A stretch of DNA of 64,000 bases from a virus: positions 77,891-141,890 of the IMG/VR virus record IMGVR_UViG_3300033802_000252. The stretch is one strand, 5' to 3'. Under the pieces are notes generated by a model, which ran no database searches, was not told where the DNA came from, and saw only the letters and a list, made by a program, of their open reading frames with translations. The position numbers were made by a program, and so were the translations under genes. Shown here piece after piece: positions 19,485 to 29,798 of the stretch. Positions within the stretch are counted from its first letter, which is position 1, and every line of letters begins with the position of its first letter.

Positions 19485-20161
19485 ATGAATTATCTCACTA
19501 ATATGCCTACAGACATACTAAATCAATATGGTTTATCAAAAACATTGCTTACCAGGCGTGAAACAATATATCTTAAACACATTCTTAAAAATATCTTTGT
19601 TTATGGTAGTGAAGATGAACTATTAGAAAAATTGAATAATCTTCAATTCAAATCTTTATTTAAATATTTCGAATACATAACTAATAAACTACGGGGAATA
19701 TATAAACTACCAAGAGAAGTGTTGGTTGACAACGCAGATGATTTAGTAAAGATGGATAGAAATCAATTAATAAAGATACTTGAATTATATAAGTCAGTTA
19801 AGTCAATCATAATTTTGGATTTTGATAATACCATTACGAATCCCAAGTTTCATGCCCTATATCGCTGGATTATGGAAAATAAATATAAAGTTATTATTAA
19901 TAGTGGTAATCCATCAAGGGAATCAATCGCTGCTTATTTAAATAAACATGGACTTAAACAACCAGAGGTTATATATGTAAACAAGGGTAAGAAGAAAAAG
20001 ATTGTAAGACTTAAGGAGATAGCCATTAGCAATTTAAAAGAGTGATCTTTTATATTGACGATGAAGTTGAGTATTTGACATATGGATGCTTGTTAGGAAT
20101 GCATTGTTACGAATATGATAAGCATGGGAAAGTACATAATCGGACAATATTTCAAAAGTAA
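19485..20161 (+). pseudogene. HAD-superfamily protein, frameshifted near 20040
   Basis: ILDFDNTIT (motif I) and INSG in frame; the motif IV segment VIFYIDDE follows out of frame immediately after the TGA at 20043. Confidence 0.6.
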
Positions 20162-20183
20162 AAATATGTGGGGTCATCTAAAT

Positions 20184-20549
20184 ATGAATATTGAATTGAT
20201 AAAAAGTTTTTTGAAGATAGTACACAAACATTCCCCTAATTGTTTTATTAATTCTAGATTTGAACTGATTGTTGAGCCAAAGAATAACATTTACCTTCTT
20301 CTTGAAGATGTTAAGACTGAATTAGACTTAAAATGTAAAGTTTTAGCTTGGTTGTCCAGACCAAGCTGTAAAGGTGTTAGTGTTTATTGGCAAGATCGAA
20401 TAAGAGCAATCGTGAATGAATACTTAGAGACTAATTTCGCTCATGAAGAGATGGATATTGTTTATACATATTTGGGGAATGAATGCAATAGGAAAAAAAC
20501 AATTAGATTTATTGAGTCAGGTTATGATTTGAAAGTGCTGACTTCCTAA
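20184..20549 (+). CDS. Hypothetical phage protein
   Basis: ELIVEPKNN.Y..L.D....LDLKCKVLAWLSR...YTYLGN..NR. Confidence 0.7.
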   Translation: MNIELIKSFLKIVHKHSPNCFINSRFELIVEPKNNIYLLLEDVKTELDLKCKVLAWLSRPSCKGVSVYWQDRIRAIVNEYLETNFAHEEMDIVYTYLGNECNRKKTIRFIESGYDLKVLTS

Positions 20550-20565
20550 AAGGAGTGATAATATT

Positions 20566-20754
20566 ATGAATCAATGGTGGGAAAAGTACCTTGACGAAAA
20601 AAATGATAAGTGTTGGTTTTGTGGAAAAAATGGTTGTGATGAATTTGATACTGAATTTGATACATATTTACATAGGCAATGTTTGATTAATGAGCTAGAA
20701 AATAACCCAGATAATTTAGATGCACTGATTATGAAGTATTTAGTGGATAATTAA
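20566..20754 (+). CDS. Small Cys/His-rich protein
   Basis: CWFCG...H.QC; RBS AAGGAG. Confidence 0.6.
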   Translation: MNQWWEKYLDEKNDKCWFCGKNGCDEFDTEFDTYLHRQCLINELENNPDNLDALIMKYLVDN

Positions 20755-20823
20755 TATAGTCCATATTGAATACATCTAAAATGTTTTTAAAAGGTTAGTT
20801 TTAAGGGAAGGTGATAAATTGAA

Positions 20824-21174
20824 ATGTTAGTAGTATGGTGTGTGGCATTGATAGTAACATTTATTGTTGTACTTTTTATTGACTGGTTGATTCATGTATT
20901 TGCGGTTAGTAATTCTTGTAGTATTTATGGTTGGGCAGGATTTAAGGATTTTTATCGAGAGTTTAAAAAGTATGATTGGGATGATAAAGAATGGCGTGGA
21001 TATTTATTTGATAGAAAAAATGGAAGCAGATATTTTGCTGGGATTATTGAATTTAATAATATTGGAATGATAATGAGGACACCTTGGGATTGGGTTTTGG
21101 TGAGAATCTTTGTATGGAGATATTTGAGAAGTATTAAGCCTCCTCGCTACAATTGGAGTGGGAAGGAAGAATAA
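20824..21174 (+). CDS. Membrane-anchored hypothetical protein
   Basis: N-terminal hydrophobic helix; RBS AAGGTGA. Confidence 0.65.
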   Translation: MLVVWCVALIVTFIVVLFIDWLIHVFAVSNSCSIYGWAGFKDFYREFKKYDWDDKEWRGYLFDRKNGSRYFAGIIEFNNIGMIMRTPWDWVLVRIFVWRYLRSIKPPRYNWSGKEE

Positions 21175-21177
21175 TAT

Positions 21178-21633
21178 ATGGAATGTCCTTATTGTGAACA
21201 AGACCTTTTGTATTATGATTACCACAACCACCACAAGAAAGCCTCTGTCTTTAGACATGGGGATGAATTGTGGTAAATATATACAAATTCGTCAAGTACA
21301 AGACGTTAAAACAAAACCTGTGGCAGATGGTGACAGTCTGCCAGCCTAAGAACCTATATGGTCTGTCTTAGGATGGGCTGATGACACAGCCCTGAACTTG
21401 GAGATTGCATGAAGCAGAAATGCATGAGTGCGCTAATCATCCAAGAATCCCCCGGATTTATCCGTGGGGAGTGTCAATATGGTAAACTGAAACATGCAGA
21501 TCATTATCGAGATACAAGTTCATGGATTGAAAGAATGGGAGATATTTATAAATGCGTAAATGAAGAATGTGAAATGTATCAAGAATATTTTTACACTGAC
21601 AAGTATGGGGAGTTATATGAAGGATATCCATAA
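21178..21633 (+). pseudogene. Small zinc-finger-like gene split by an IS200/IS605 mini-element
   Basis: Joining 21178-21222 to 21478-21633 restores MECPYCEQDLLYYDY|YGKLKH...GDIYKCVNEEC...YEGYP in frame. Confidence 0.8.
21223..21477 (+). mobile_element. 255-bp non-autonomous IS200/IS605 (IS608-like) element (PATE/MITE)
   Basis: Inserted 3' of TTAC with no target duplication. Left end AAAG plus hairpin (CCTCTGTCTTTAGACATGGGG); right end GAAT plus hairpin (CCCCCGGATTTATCCGTGGGG) ending TCAA, matching the IS608 guide/cleavage tetramers. Confidence 0.85.
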
Positions 21634-21664
21634 TAAAAAAAAGAAAGAAAGATCGGGGGATTCT

Positions 21665-21850
21665 ATGTTTGTAATTCAAAGAAAAATGGAGGGTAGCAAT
21701 GGTATTATTACCATTGATGCTGATAGAGTAGATTTGAATTTTGAAGCAGGTTGGGTTAAGTTTACCGATAAACAGGGAATAATTGTTGCAGGCTTCAAAT
21801 TAAGTGAAATAGTTGGATTCTGGTATGATGGAAGATGGGGCATAGGATAA
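21665..21850 (+). CDS. Small hypothetical protein
   Basis: RBS GGGGGA, 61 aa. Confidence 0.55.
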   Translation: MFVIQRKMEGSNGIITIDADRVDLNFEAGWVKFTDKQGIIVAGFKLSEIVGFWYDGRWGIG

Positions 21851-21920
21851 GACTTATTAAGGGGTCGTTAAATTGGTCATTTCATGAAAACCACAAAGAA
21901 AGCGATGAGAAAATAAATTC

Positions 21921-22256
21921 ATGGGACTAAATTCAATTCATCATCACACTATGATTTTTGCTACGACTCAAAGAAAAGCAGAAGAAAAATTAAATGAACT
22001 TGCGACTAAACTTGATGGTGATATTGTATATCGAACTAAAGATATCATAAAAACTAAAGATAAAACAATCAAAGCACGAAGATGGTCTGAAAATTGTAGG
22101 GGATACCGATTTAAGGAAGTATATGTGGATTCTTTTATTGACCATAGATGCGTAGATGAGTGTATCTTACCCTATCTAATGTCTCCAGCACATTGGAATG
22201 GCGATTGGGACGAAGAACAAAAGTGGAACTGGAGAGAACATGTTCATTATTTTTAA
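21921..22256 (+). CDS. Hypothetical protein
   Basis: 111 aa ORF with RGYRF..VYVD. Confidence 0.6.
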   Translation: MGLNSIHHHTMIFATTQRKAEEKLNELATKLDGDIVYRTKDIIKTKDKTIKARRWSENCRGYRFKEVYVDSFIDHRCVDECILPYLMSPAHWNGDWDEEQKWNWREHVHYF

Positions 22257-22353
22257 TCACAATAAAATTAAGAATTGATTGACAGTATTGGTGAATGAAA
22301 TTCCATTAAATGATAGTTTTATTAAGAATAATAAACCTATAAGGAGTGTTAAT

Positions 22354-23037
22354 ATGAATAAAAAATATGTTTTGGATATTGATGGTTCAATTTTCTCATC
22401 AGAAGAAGAGCTTATTAATTACATTCGAAAAAAATATGTTAAAGAATTCAAAGGTAAAAAGACGGATATATCAGAGATTTATGACATCCTTCATCAACAT
22501 TTCCCTGATTGGAAAGTGAATGTGGAGAATGGGGCAGGTTGGTATGCAGAATACATAATCAAACTTAGCAAAGATCGGACAGTCATTGAACAACATTATG
22601 CTAACGAAAAAGCTGAAACAGATAGATTTTATGTTTATAAAGGAAATCCAGATAATTTTCAGGATCTAATTAAAGAAATTTCGTGGAAAATTGAAACCGC
22701 AAAGAGGATGATAGACAAAATTCGTTCAATTGGTGACTTTGAAGATATTTATTGCAAAGAATTTGACTATGGATATTCTCAAGATGAGCATCATTTTACC
22801 TTTGTCTATAAACTTAAAGAATGGGGTGATTATTCAGAAGAAAGATATTATCCTTGGGGAGAGAAAGGTGAAGATGAGTTTGTAAATGACTTTAAAAAAT
22901 ATTTTGTTACTAAGCTCGAAGGTGAAATAAAACCCGATTATGATGACGGATATTTTAATGGTTATACTATCGACGGAATCAATATTGATGGTTTAGTTAG
23001 GAGAGCAAGAAAGGTAAGGTTGGAAATCGTTGAATAA
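22354..23037 (+). CDS. Hypothetical protein, paralog of 11751-12413
   Basis: RBS AAGGAG before ATG 22354; terminal motifs shared with the paralog. Confidence 0.75.
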   Translation: MNKKYVLDIDGSIFSSEEELINYIRKKYVKEFKGKKTDISEIYDILHQHFPDWKVNVENGAGWYAEYIIKLSKDRTVIEQHYANEKAETDRFYVYKGNPDNFQDLIKEISWKIETAKRMIDKIRSIGDFEDIYCKEFDYGYSQDEHHFTFVYKLKEWGDYSEERYYPWGEKGEDEFVNDFKKYFVTKLEGEIKPDYDDGYFNGYTIDGINIDGLVRRARKVRLEIVE

Positions 23038-23082
23038 TTTTTATCAATAAAACTATGATTTTAGAAAAAATAAATATAAGGA

Positions 23083-23814
23083 GTGATGAAGTATTCAACT
23101 GCTATTCAAGCAATGAAGAGGATGCTGAGTGAATGTATTGATTTATGTGTAACAGATCCACCTTGTATCATGAATAAAACATTTGGAAGTTCAACATCTG
23201 TAGGGATGCAAGAGAAATGGCAAGGCATGTTAAAAGCTGGTGATAAGACGGCAAACATTGTCAACAATATTGAATTTAAAGATTGGTTGTCTGAATTATA
23301 TCGAATTTTGAAATCGCCCAGTCACTTCTATGTCTTTGTTAATGATAAAAATGTTCAAGACATGTTAAACGAGGCAACAAAAGTTGGTTTTAAATTACAT
23401 AATATTTTAGTATGGAAAAAGAACAATAAAACACCAAATAAGTTTTATATGAAGGACTGTGAATTCATTATTTTCTTTAGAAAAGGGAAATCTTTTTACA
23501 TAAACAATAAAGGTGATAGTCAATATCAAGAAGTTGATTACGGCAATTTAGATTGTGTTGGTGAAGAACTTTGGGAAGAACAGATTTTAAAAGTAAATAA
23601 TATTAATGGCAAAGATAAATTGCATCCAACACAAAAGCCGGTTGAACTGTTAGAGAAATTAATACTTAATAGTTCGCAACTAGGACAGATTGTGTTTGAT
23701 CCTTTTATGGGTTCTGGAAGTACGGCAATCGCAAGCAAGAATACTGGAAGAAAATACATGGGGTTTGAGATTGATAAAAGGTATTTTGATGTGTGCCAAA
23801 AGCGATTAGCTTAA
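23083..23814 (+). CDS. N6/N4 DNA methyltransferase with atypical DPPC motif IV
   Basis: VTDPPC, HPTQKP, DPFMGSGST. Confidence 0.85.
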   Translation: MMKYSTAIQAMKRMLSECIDLCVTDPPCIMNKTFGSSTSVGMQEKWQGMLKAGDKTANIVNNIEFKDWLSELYRILKSPSHFYVFVNDKNVQDMLNEATKVGFKLHNILVWKKNNKTPNKFYMKDCEFIIFFRKGKSFYINNKGDSQYQEVDYGNLDCVGEELWEEQILKVNNINGKDKLHPTQKPVELLEKLILNSSQLGQIVFDPFMGSGSTAIASKNTGRKYMGFEIDKRYFDVCQKRLA

Positions 23815-23857
23815 TCCAATCAAAGACGGCTTGATAGGGAAAAGGGGAGGTGATTGA

Positions 23858-24175
23858 TTGAATATCTGGGATAAAGAATCATTTGAAGTTGATTATCGTG
23901 GCAAAAAATATAAGTTCACACAACTAGGAATTGATATTTCTGAAAGTTGGAATAAACCTAATGGGACAGTTGAAATAAGCCATAAAATTGAAAGTGATGG
24001 ACTTACCACAACAATTTATATAATTAATGATTTTGACGAAGGAACATTCGGGTTTGGTCATAAAGTTATTGAAGATGGTAAAGACTATGGATTATTTGTA
24101 ACTTTGCAAGATGAAGTATTGTTTGAACATTTAGCTTCATTAGTAAATTATGTTGATTATATTTTTGGTGAGTAA
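23858..24175 (+). CDS. Hypothetical protein
   Basis: RBS GGAGGTGA, TTG start. Confidence 0.65.
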   Translation: MNIWDKESFEVDYRGKKYKFTQLGIDISESWNKPNGTVEISHKIESDGLTTTIYIINDFDEGTFGFGHKVIEDGKDYGLFVTLQDEVLFEHLASLVNYVDYIFGE

Positions 24176-24206
24176 ATCACAATAAAAGACGGAATTTATC
24201 GAAAAT

Positions 24207-24548
24207 ATGGAGGTAAAAATGAAAAATACAATTATTAACGCAAAAATCACAAGTACAAGATGGGATAGGGAAAGAGGACTAACACATTGGATTAGTGTTG
24301 AAGGCGATGGATGGGGTTGTTCATTCGGAGGATACCATCTAAAAGATGCGGCATGTTATGAATGGGTTATGGCGCTTATGGATGCTCTAGACTTATATGA
24401 ATTTGACGAAAAGAAACTCATTGGGCAAATTGTAAGAGTTGAACTTGAAGGAGATGGCTGTGCTGGATTTCAAATATTAGCAATTGGACATCCAATTAAA
24501 GATAAATGGTTGCGTCCGAAAGAAATATTTGCTAAATACTCAAAATAA
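24207..24548 (+). CDS. Hypothetical phage protein
   Basis: NAKITST...G.GWGCSFGGY...AIGHPIKDKW..P. Confidence 0.7.
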   Translation: MEVKMKNTIINAKITSTRWDRERGLTHWISVEGDGWGCSFGGYHLKDAACYEWVMALMDALDLYEFDEKKLIGQIVRVELEGDGCAGFQILAIGHPIKDKWLRPKEIFAKYSK

Positions 24549-24588
24549 ATACGATAAAAGATTGCTTTGATCGGAAGGGGAGAAATAA

Positions 24589-24875
24589 ATGCCAATCATT
24601 ACAAAAGATAATGTAAAATATCTTCAATTCGGCTATGGAGATATTTTTGTAGGAGATGCAAAGGACAAAAAACTGGAAAAATATATGGAGCGGTATTCAT
24701 TCAATCTGAACCTAGAGAAATCGGCTCGTATTGGGAAAATACAGAGAGTAAAACCTTAGATAATTTTGTCACTCATGTAATTATGCAGTTCGATAATATT
24801 AAATCTTTAGATGTAGTAATTGAAACATTGCAAGACATTAGAAAAGAAATGCAGATGCAAAGTATGAGTTATTAA
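24589..24875 (+). pseudogene. Frameshifted paralog of 31855-32127
   Basis: Near-identical start MPIITKDNVKYLQFGYGDIFVGDA; one A is missing in the GACAAAAAA run relative to the paralog. Confidence 0.75.
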
Positions 24876-24914
24876 TACTTATCAAATATATGTTTTAATG
24901 GGGTTTGATATGTA

Positions 24915-25178
24915 ATGGCCAAATATCGAAAGAAGCCAGTGATCGTTGAAGCAGAGCAATGGTTTCCGGGGAAAGATGTTGAGGGGGTTATTGACATGGC
25001 CCAATTTTCGGAAATTTATCTTCTCCCCGAGAATCAACACTTGAGATATCAAGTTAAAACGTTGGAAGGATTTCATGTTGTTAGTCCTGGGGATTGGATA
25101 ATCACGGGTGTTGAGGGTGAGAAATATCCTTGTAAACCAGAAATTTTTGAAAAAACATATGAGCCAGCTGAAGATTAA
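24915..25178 (+). CDS. Conserved phage protein (PGDW/PGDYG-like)
   Basis: KYRKKPVIVEAEQW...TLEG...PGDWIITGVEGEKYPCKPEIFEKTYE. Confidence 0.8.
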   Translation: MAKYRKKPVIVEAEQWFPGKDVEGVIDMAQFSEIYLLPENQHLRYQVKTLEGFHVVSPGDWIITGVEGEKYPCKPEIFEKTYEPAED

Positions 25179-25194
25179 TATTGGGAGGAATTGT

Positions 25195-25365
25195 ATGAAA
25201 GACTTTATATTGCAGTCACTAGCTTCATTATCAACTGGTTTAATTGCAGGTCTTCTCTTTGCTGCGGCAAGACTTCCTATTCCTGCTCCGCCTGTAATTC
25301 CAGCGGTTTTTGGAATTCTTGGAATTACACTAGGATACATAATTTTCAAGAAATTTTTTTGGTGA
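25195..25365 (+). CDS. XapX/DUF1427 small membrane protein
   Basis: G..AGLLFAAARLPIPAPP...AVFGILGITLGY. Confidence 0.8.
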   Translation: MKDFILQSLASLSTGLIAGLLFAAARLPIPAPPVIPAVFGILGITLGYIIFKKFFW

Positions 25366-25489
25366 TTAGATAAAATGAGTCCATTCAAAAAACTACTTGA
25401 ATCTGCGAAGACAGAAGATGAAAGAAAAGGCTTTTTAAAAATGATTCAAATGATGCTTTGTCTAAAAAACATGAAAGGATCAGGGATCA

Positions 25490-25729
25490 ATGGAGGAACA
25501 GGTAAAACAGATTGAGCGTGATTTAGTTCTTCTTGGATTAATTGCTGATTATATTGGTGTATACAAAAAAACATTAAAAGATTATATTGCAGATTATGAT
25601 GTTAACAAAGTATCTCAATTAGGAGACAAATATATTAAAAGCGATGATCAGCTTAATAATATTTTTAAACAAATGGCGCGGGAAGCATACGATAGATTAC
25701 GCAGTAGGTTTTATGAGGGGAGTAAGTAA
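25490..25729 (+). CDS. Hypothetical protein
   Basis: 79 aa ORF. Confidence 0.55.
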   Translation: MEEQVKQIERDLVLLGLIADYIGVYKKTLKDYIADYDVNKVSQLGDKYIKSDDQLNNIFKQMAREAYDRLRSRFYEGSK

Positions 25730-25918
25730 ATGGCTGTAAATCATTACTTAATGACCGATGAAGAATTAATTGATCGTTTCTGTGATGTTATTGAAAGTAA
25801 TACATATGTTGATGATATGTTTATAGAACTTGATTATGAGCCAGAAATAAAATATGCTGCAAAGAAAACAAAAGAATATTGGGATATTCGTAAAGAAATA
25901 TTGGAGCGTATGAAATGA
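25730..25918 (+). CDS. Hypothetical protein
   Basis: RBS GGGGAG, abuts the upstream stop. Confidence 0.55.
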   Translation: MAVNHYLMTDEELIDRFCDVIESNTYVDDMFIELDYEPEIKYAAKKTKEYWDIRKEILERMK

Positions 25919-26151
25919 TATGGAAAATTGAGGGAGATAAGTAAATGACCAATTATTATTCTTATCATACGTTTAGTGATAGTTGGAGTGTAATTCAGTT
26001 TAATAACAATGAAGAAGTAGATGCGGAAGTTGCTTATTTTCCACCAAATCATAATGTTGAATATATTGTTGAGTTGCTAAATGAAGCATATAGAAAAGGA
26101 ATGGAGAGTAACGAAATACAATAAAACGATTATTTAATGGGAGTTGAGAGA

Positions 26152-26360
26152 GTGAACTGGAGCACACTGCTTTTTACGTTGCAAATAAAGAATCGGGGAA
26201 ATATGAAACCATAAGTTATACGCTGAATATGGAAGGTATGATTCCAAGAAAAGGAGACTTTCTACTTATTGAAGACGATACATATGAAGTGCTGTTTGTC
26301 ACATTTGATGTTGAAAATAAGGCAATTGGTGTTATGACACAAAGACTTAAAAGAAAATAA
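26152..26360 (+). pseudogene. Small gene with probable frameshift in a T run (~26170)
   Basis: GTG start frame closes early; the alternate frame FYVANKESGKYET...PRKGDFL...RK runs to the TAA at the 26358 site. Confidence 0.45.
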
Positions 26361-26588
26361 AATTTCATTTTTAACAAAAAAATGTAAGGGAATGTATATG
26401 AACGAAAAAGTCAAGGTTCATTTTTATTGTGGCAACAAAGTCGATCAAGATGAATTCAATAAAATTGTTGAACATCTGATTATACAGCCCCTAGATGAGC
26501 ATGAAGAGGTTTTTGTATATTCACTTTGGAAGAAGATATATTAGGTTCAGTAGTGCAGGGTTCATAAGGGGCAAATTAGAAAAATGAG

Positions 26589-26978
26589 GTGCAATTTTAT
26601 ATGCTGTCATATCAACTTAAAAAGAGTGCTTATTTTTATTACATAGTTTTTGTAAAAGGAAATAAAAAAATTTCATATGAAGATGCTCAAAAGAAGTTAA
26701 ATAGAAATATTGCACTTGCAATTAAAGTACATATTGAAGATAATCGTTATGTTTATCTGTACGGTAATCTACACATTTACACAAAAGGAAATGTAATCAC
26801 CAAAATTAGAAATTATAAAGGCGTGCTCTGTGACTGGTTTTATAAAGATCATAAGCGTTTTGACCAGTTGAATAAAGAACTAGGTATTAAAGATGTTCAG
26901 AAATCAAAATGGAATGAAGTTGGCGATTTAAGTTATATCGAAGAATATGCCAAGGGATTTAAACAGGCTGCTAATTAA
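26589..26978 (+). CDS. Hypothetical phage protein
   Basis: 129 aa ORF. Confidence 0.6.
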   Translation: MQFYMLSYQLKKSAYFYYIVFVKGNKKISYEDAQKKLNRNIALAIKVHIEDNRYVYLYGNLHIYTKGNVITKIRNYKGVLCDWFYKDHKRFDQLNKELGIKDVQKSKWNEVGDLSYIEEYAKGFKQAAN

Positions 26979-27007
26979 AAAAATAAAAATAAAATATAAA
27001 ATATAGT

Positions 27008-27036
27008 TTGCAATGAATATACCCATGTGATACAAT
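27008..27036 (+). promoter_or_regulatory. SigA-type promoter
   Basis: TTGCAA-17 bp-TACAAT with TG extension and an A-rich UP tract. Confidence 0.7.
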
Positions 27037-27071
27037 GATTTCCAGAGGATAATTCTTAGGAGGTTTCTCAC

Positions 27072-27293
27072 ATGGGGAAATCCGTTTATTTGAAAATGGA
27101 TAGTTTAGATTTAAAAGTAGTAAATACAATTAGCGATCTTGAGAAAATTAGAAGTGAATATGAATTCTTAATGGACAAAGTTGAAGATGCTCATAATTTA
27201 ATAAATGATGTAGTAAAAGATATTGAATCAGGAAAACTAGATTGGGATATAACAGCAAAGAAATTAAAAGAGATCGCAAGTATGTTAGCTTGA
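27072..27293 (+). CDS. Hypothetical protein
   Basis: RBS AGGAGG. Confidence 0.65.
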   Translation: MGKSVYLKMDSLDLKVVNTISDLEKIRSEYEFLMDKVEDAHNLINDVVKDIESGKLDWDITAKKLKEIASMLA

Positions 27294-27532
27294 TTTGTTA
27301 GGTACATTATATTTAAAAATAAAATATAATAATATGATTAAGAAGAAAGAATCCCTATCCGTTGCAAGTATTTTTTTTAATAACGGAGGTTTAGTTTATG
27401 GATGAAGAAGTATATTATCGAATATACGCTTCAGAACGACAAGGAATGAAATTGACTGTTGTTTGTATGTAATTGTTGTTTGTATGTAATGGTTTGATGA
27501 ATTTGACTATCACATCGGAAAGGAGGATATGT

Positions 27533-27820
27533 GTGAGAAAATCAGTTGAATGGTTTGCTGAATTAATGGAAAGCAAACTGAAAGCTAATGACCATAAGGG
27601 TGGTTGGGATAAATGTACTTACCCATATTTATTAACCAGATTGAAAGATGAAGTTAAAGAATTGGAAGATGCAATTAATTCTTATCCAGACGGAGTAAAA
27701 TCAATTGATGATTTTGCATGGGATGTTATTGGAGAGGCGTTAGACGTAGCTAATTTTGCAATGATGATCGCTGATGTGACAAATAAAGATGTGTACCGGA
27801 GAAACCAAATAAAAAGTTGA
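27533..27820 (+). CDS. MazG-like nucleotide pyrophosphohydrolase-fold protein
   Basis: KL.AN.HKGGW...L.DEVKEL...EALDVANFAMMIAD; RBS AGGAGG. Confidence 0.6.
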   Translation: MRKSVEWFAELMESKLKANDHKGGWDKCTYPYLLTRLKDEVKELEDAINSYPDGVKSIDDFAWDVIGEALDVANFAMMIADVTNKDVYRRNQIKS

Positions 27821-27850
27821 TTTTAATTGAAAAAGTAAAGGAATGAAATT

Positions 27851-28435
27851 ATGAGTAGCACAAATAGAAGCCAAGCTAGAGATTTGCATATAGCAGATTA
27901 TTATGTAACACCTATTGATGAAATTATTACATTTCTGAAAGAGTTTGAAAAGGTTGAATCAGGAGAATTAACAAAGGGGACTATCTTAGATCCGGCAGCA
28001 GGTGGGGATTTAAACCATCCAATGAGTTATCCAGAAGCTTTGATTAGATGTGGTGTAAATAAAAATAAAATAAAAACAATAGACATTAGAAAAGATTCAC
28101 TGGCTGAAAATAAAGAGGATTATTTAAAGGTTAAATTGGATTATAAACCTTATGTCATTATAACTAATCCTCCATTTAATCAGGCATTAGAAATTATTAC
28201 AAAAGCATTAGATGATGTAGATGATAATGGTTGGGTAATTATGTTGCTTAGGTTAAACTTTTTAGAAACAAAAGTAAGAAAAGATTTTTTTGATAAGCAA
28301 CTTCCTAAATACATATTTGTTCACCACAAGAGAATGAGTTTTACAGATGATGGAAAACGAGACAGTATTGCATATGCTCATTATGTATGGAGAAAGGGAT
28401 ATATGCCAAATTTTACTTTGACGAAGGTGATTTAA
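27851..28435 (+). CDS. Small DNA methyltransferase (NPPF)
   Basis: DYYVTP, ILDPAAG, IITNPPF, MLLRLNFLE, AHYVWRK. Confidence 0.85.
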   Translation: MSSTNRSQARDLHIADYYVTPIDEIITFLKEFEKVESGELTKGTILDPAAGGDLNHPMSYPEALIRCGVNKNKIKTIDIRKDSLAENKEDYLKVKLDYKPYVIITNPPFNQALEIITKALDDVDDNGWVIMLLRLNFLETKVRKDFFDKQLPKYIFVHHKRMSFTDDGKRDSIAYAHYVWRKGYMPNFTLTKVI

Positions 28436-28436
28436 A

Positions 28437-28661
28437 ATAAAAAATATTATTCATTGGAATATATTTAAAAAGTGCTTTGTAAGTCATACATACAAAGGAT
28501 GTTCGTATCCATCTGTAATTTTAGTTGAGGGTAAGTGGACTACAGATGTCAAGCCGCAGCGTAAAACAAATCCTAGAGGATGGGTTGTATGCGATCATAC
28601 TCAAGTGATACATAATCCACCTGATGATGTTTTAAATCAATATATTAAACAGAAAAATTAA
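28437..28661 (+). CDS. Hypothetical protein (probable ATA start, 74 aa)
   Basis: RBS AAGGTGA 6 nt before ATA; open frame KNIIHWNIFKKCFVSHTYKG...PRGWVVCD. Confidence 0.5.
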   Translation: MKNIIHWNIFKKCFVSHTYKGCSYPSVILVEGKWTTDVKPQRKTNPRGWVVCDHTQVIHNPPDDVLNQYIKQKN

Positions 28662-28938
28662 TCTATGACAAGGTGAATATGAAATTTAATATTACTGAAG
28701 GCGATGGATTGATTTGTGACAAAAGTGGATGTTGGTTAATTAAAAGAAAGGAAGGTTATGTATGAATAAATCTATCGATCAACACACAGAAACATTAGAT
28801 GATCTTATTTTTGAAGTGGTTAGAAAGTATGCAAAACAGCATAATTTAGTTATTAGTCAAGAGTCATCATATGATAAAGGAAAAATTGTTATTTTTATTA
28901 AAGGTGAAAATAATTAAAATTGTAATTTTATTGGAATA

Positions 28939-29778
28939 ATGGAGGATGATAGATTGAGCAAAGAGTTACTTGGAAGTCTTGAAATAAATCGTATCTATCA
29001 AATGGATTGTTTAGAAGGTATGAAACTATTACCAGATAATTGTATAGATTTAACGGTAACATCACCGCCATATGATAATTTACGTACATATAATGGTTAT
29101 ACATTTGATTTTGAGCCAATTGCAAATGAACTATTTAGGATTACTAAAAATGGCGGAGTGGTTGTTTGGATAGTAGGAGATGCTACGATTAAAGGTAGTG
29201 AGACTGGAACAAGTTTTAAACAAGCATTGTATTTTAAGGATGTTTGCGGGTTTAATTTGCATGATACAATGATTTATAAAAAGAATGCATCATATGCACA
29301 CGATCCTAGAAATAAAAGATATAAGAATTGCTTCGAATATATGTTTGTTTTCTCCAAAGGTAAGCCAAATACATATAACGAAATTAAAGATGTCCCAAAC
29401 AAACATAGTGGAAAGATTGCAACAGGAACAAAGGGGAGAACCAGATATGGAGAATTAAGAAAGGTTAAACCTGTTTTGATTGGAGAATATCAGGCTAGAA
29501 GTAATATTTGGGAATATAATACAGGGAGGGTTATGACATCAGACAAAATCGCATACAAGCATCCTGCTATATTCCCTGAACAATTAGCAGCAGATCATAT
29601 CTTAAGTTGGAGCAATGAAGGGAATGTTGTACTTGATCCGTTTATGGGTTCAGGAACAACCGCTAAAATGGCTCAAATATATAATCGAAAGTTTTTAGGA
29701 TTTGAAATATCACCAGAATACATACAAATTGCAAATTTAAGATTAGAAAGTATTAACGAAGATTATCCAATCAAATAG
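28939..29778 (+). CDS. N4-cytosine/N6 DNA methyltransferase
   Basis: VTSPPY, HPAIFPE.L, DPFMGSGTT. Confidence 0.9.
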   Translation: MEDDRLSKELLGSLEINRIYQMDCLEGMKLLPDNCIDLTVTSPPYDNLRTYNGYTFDFEPIANELFRITKNGGVVVWIVGDATIKGSETGTSFKQALYFKDVCGFNLHDTMIYKKNASYAHDPRNKRYKNCFEYMFVFSKGKPNTYNEIKDVPNKHSGKIATGTKGRTRYGELRKVKPVLIGEYQARSNIWEYNTGRVMTSDKIAYKHPAIFPEQLAADHILSWSNEGNVVLDPFMGSGTTAKMAQIYNRKFLGFEISPEYIQIANLRLESINEDYPIK

Positions 29779-29798
29779 GAAATTTATAGGGGGATTAT

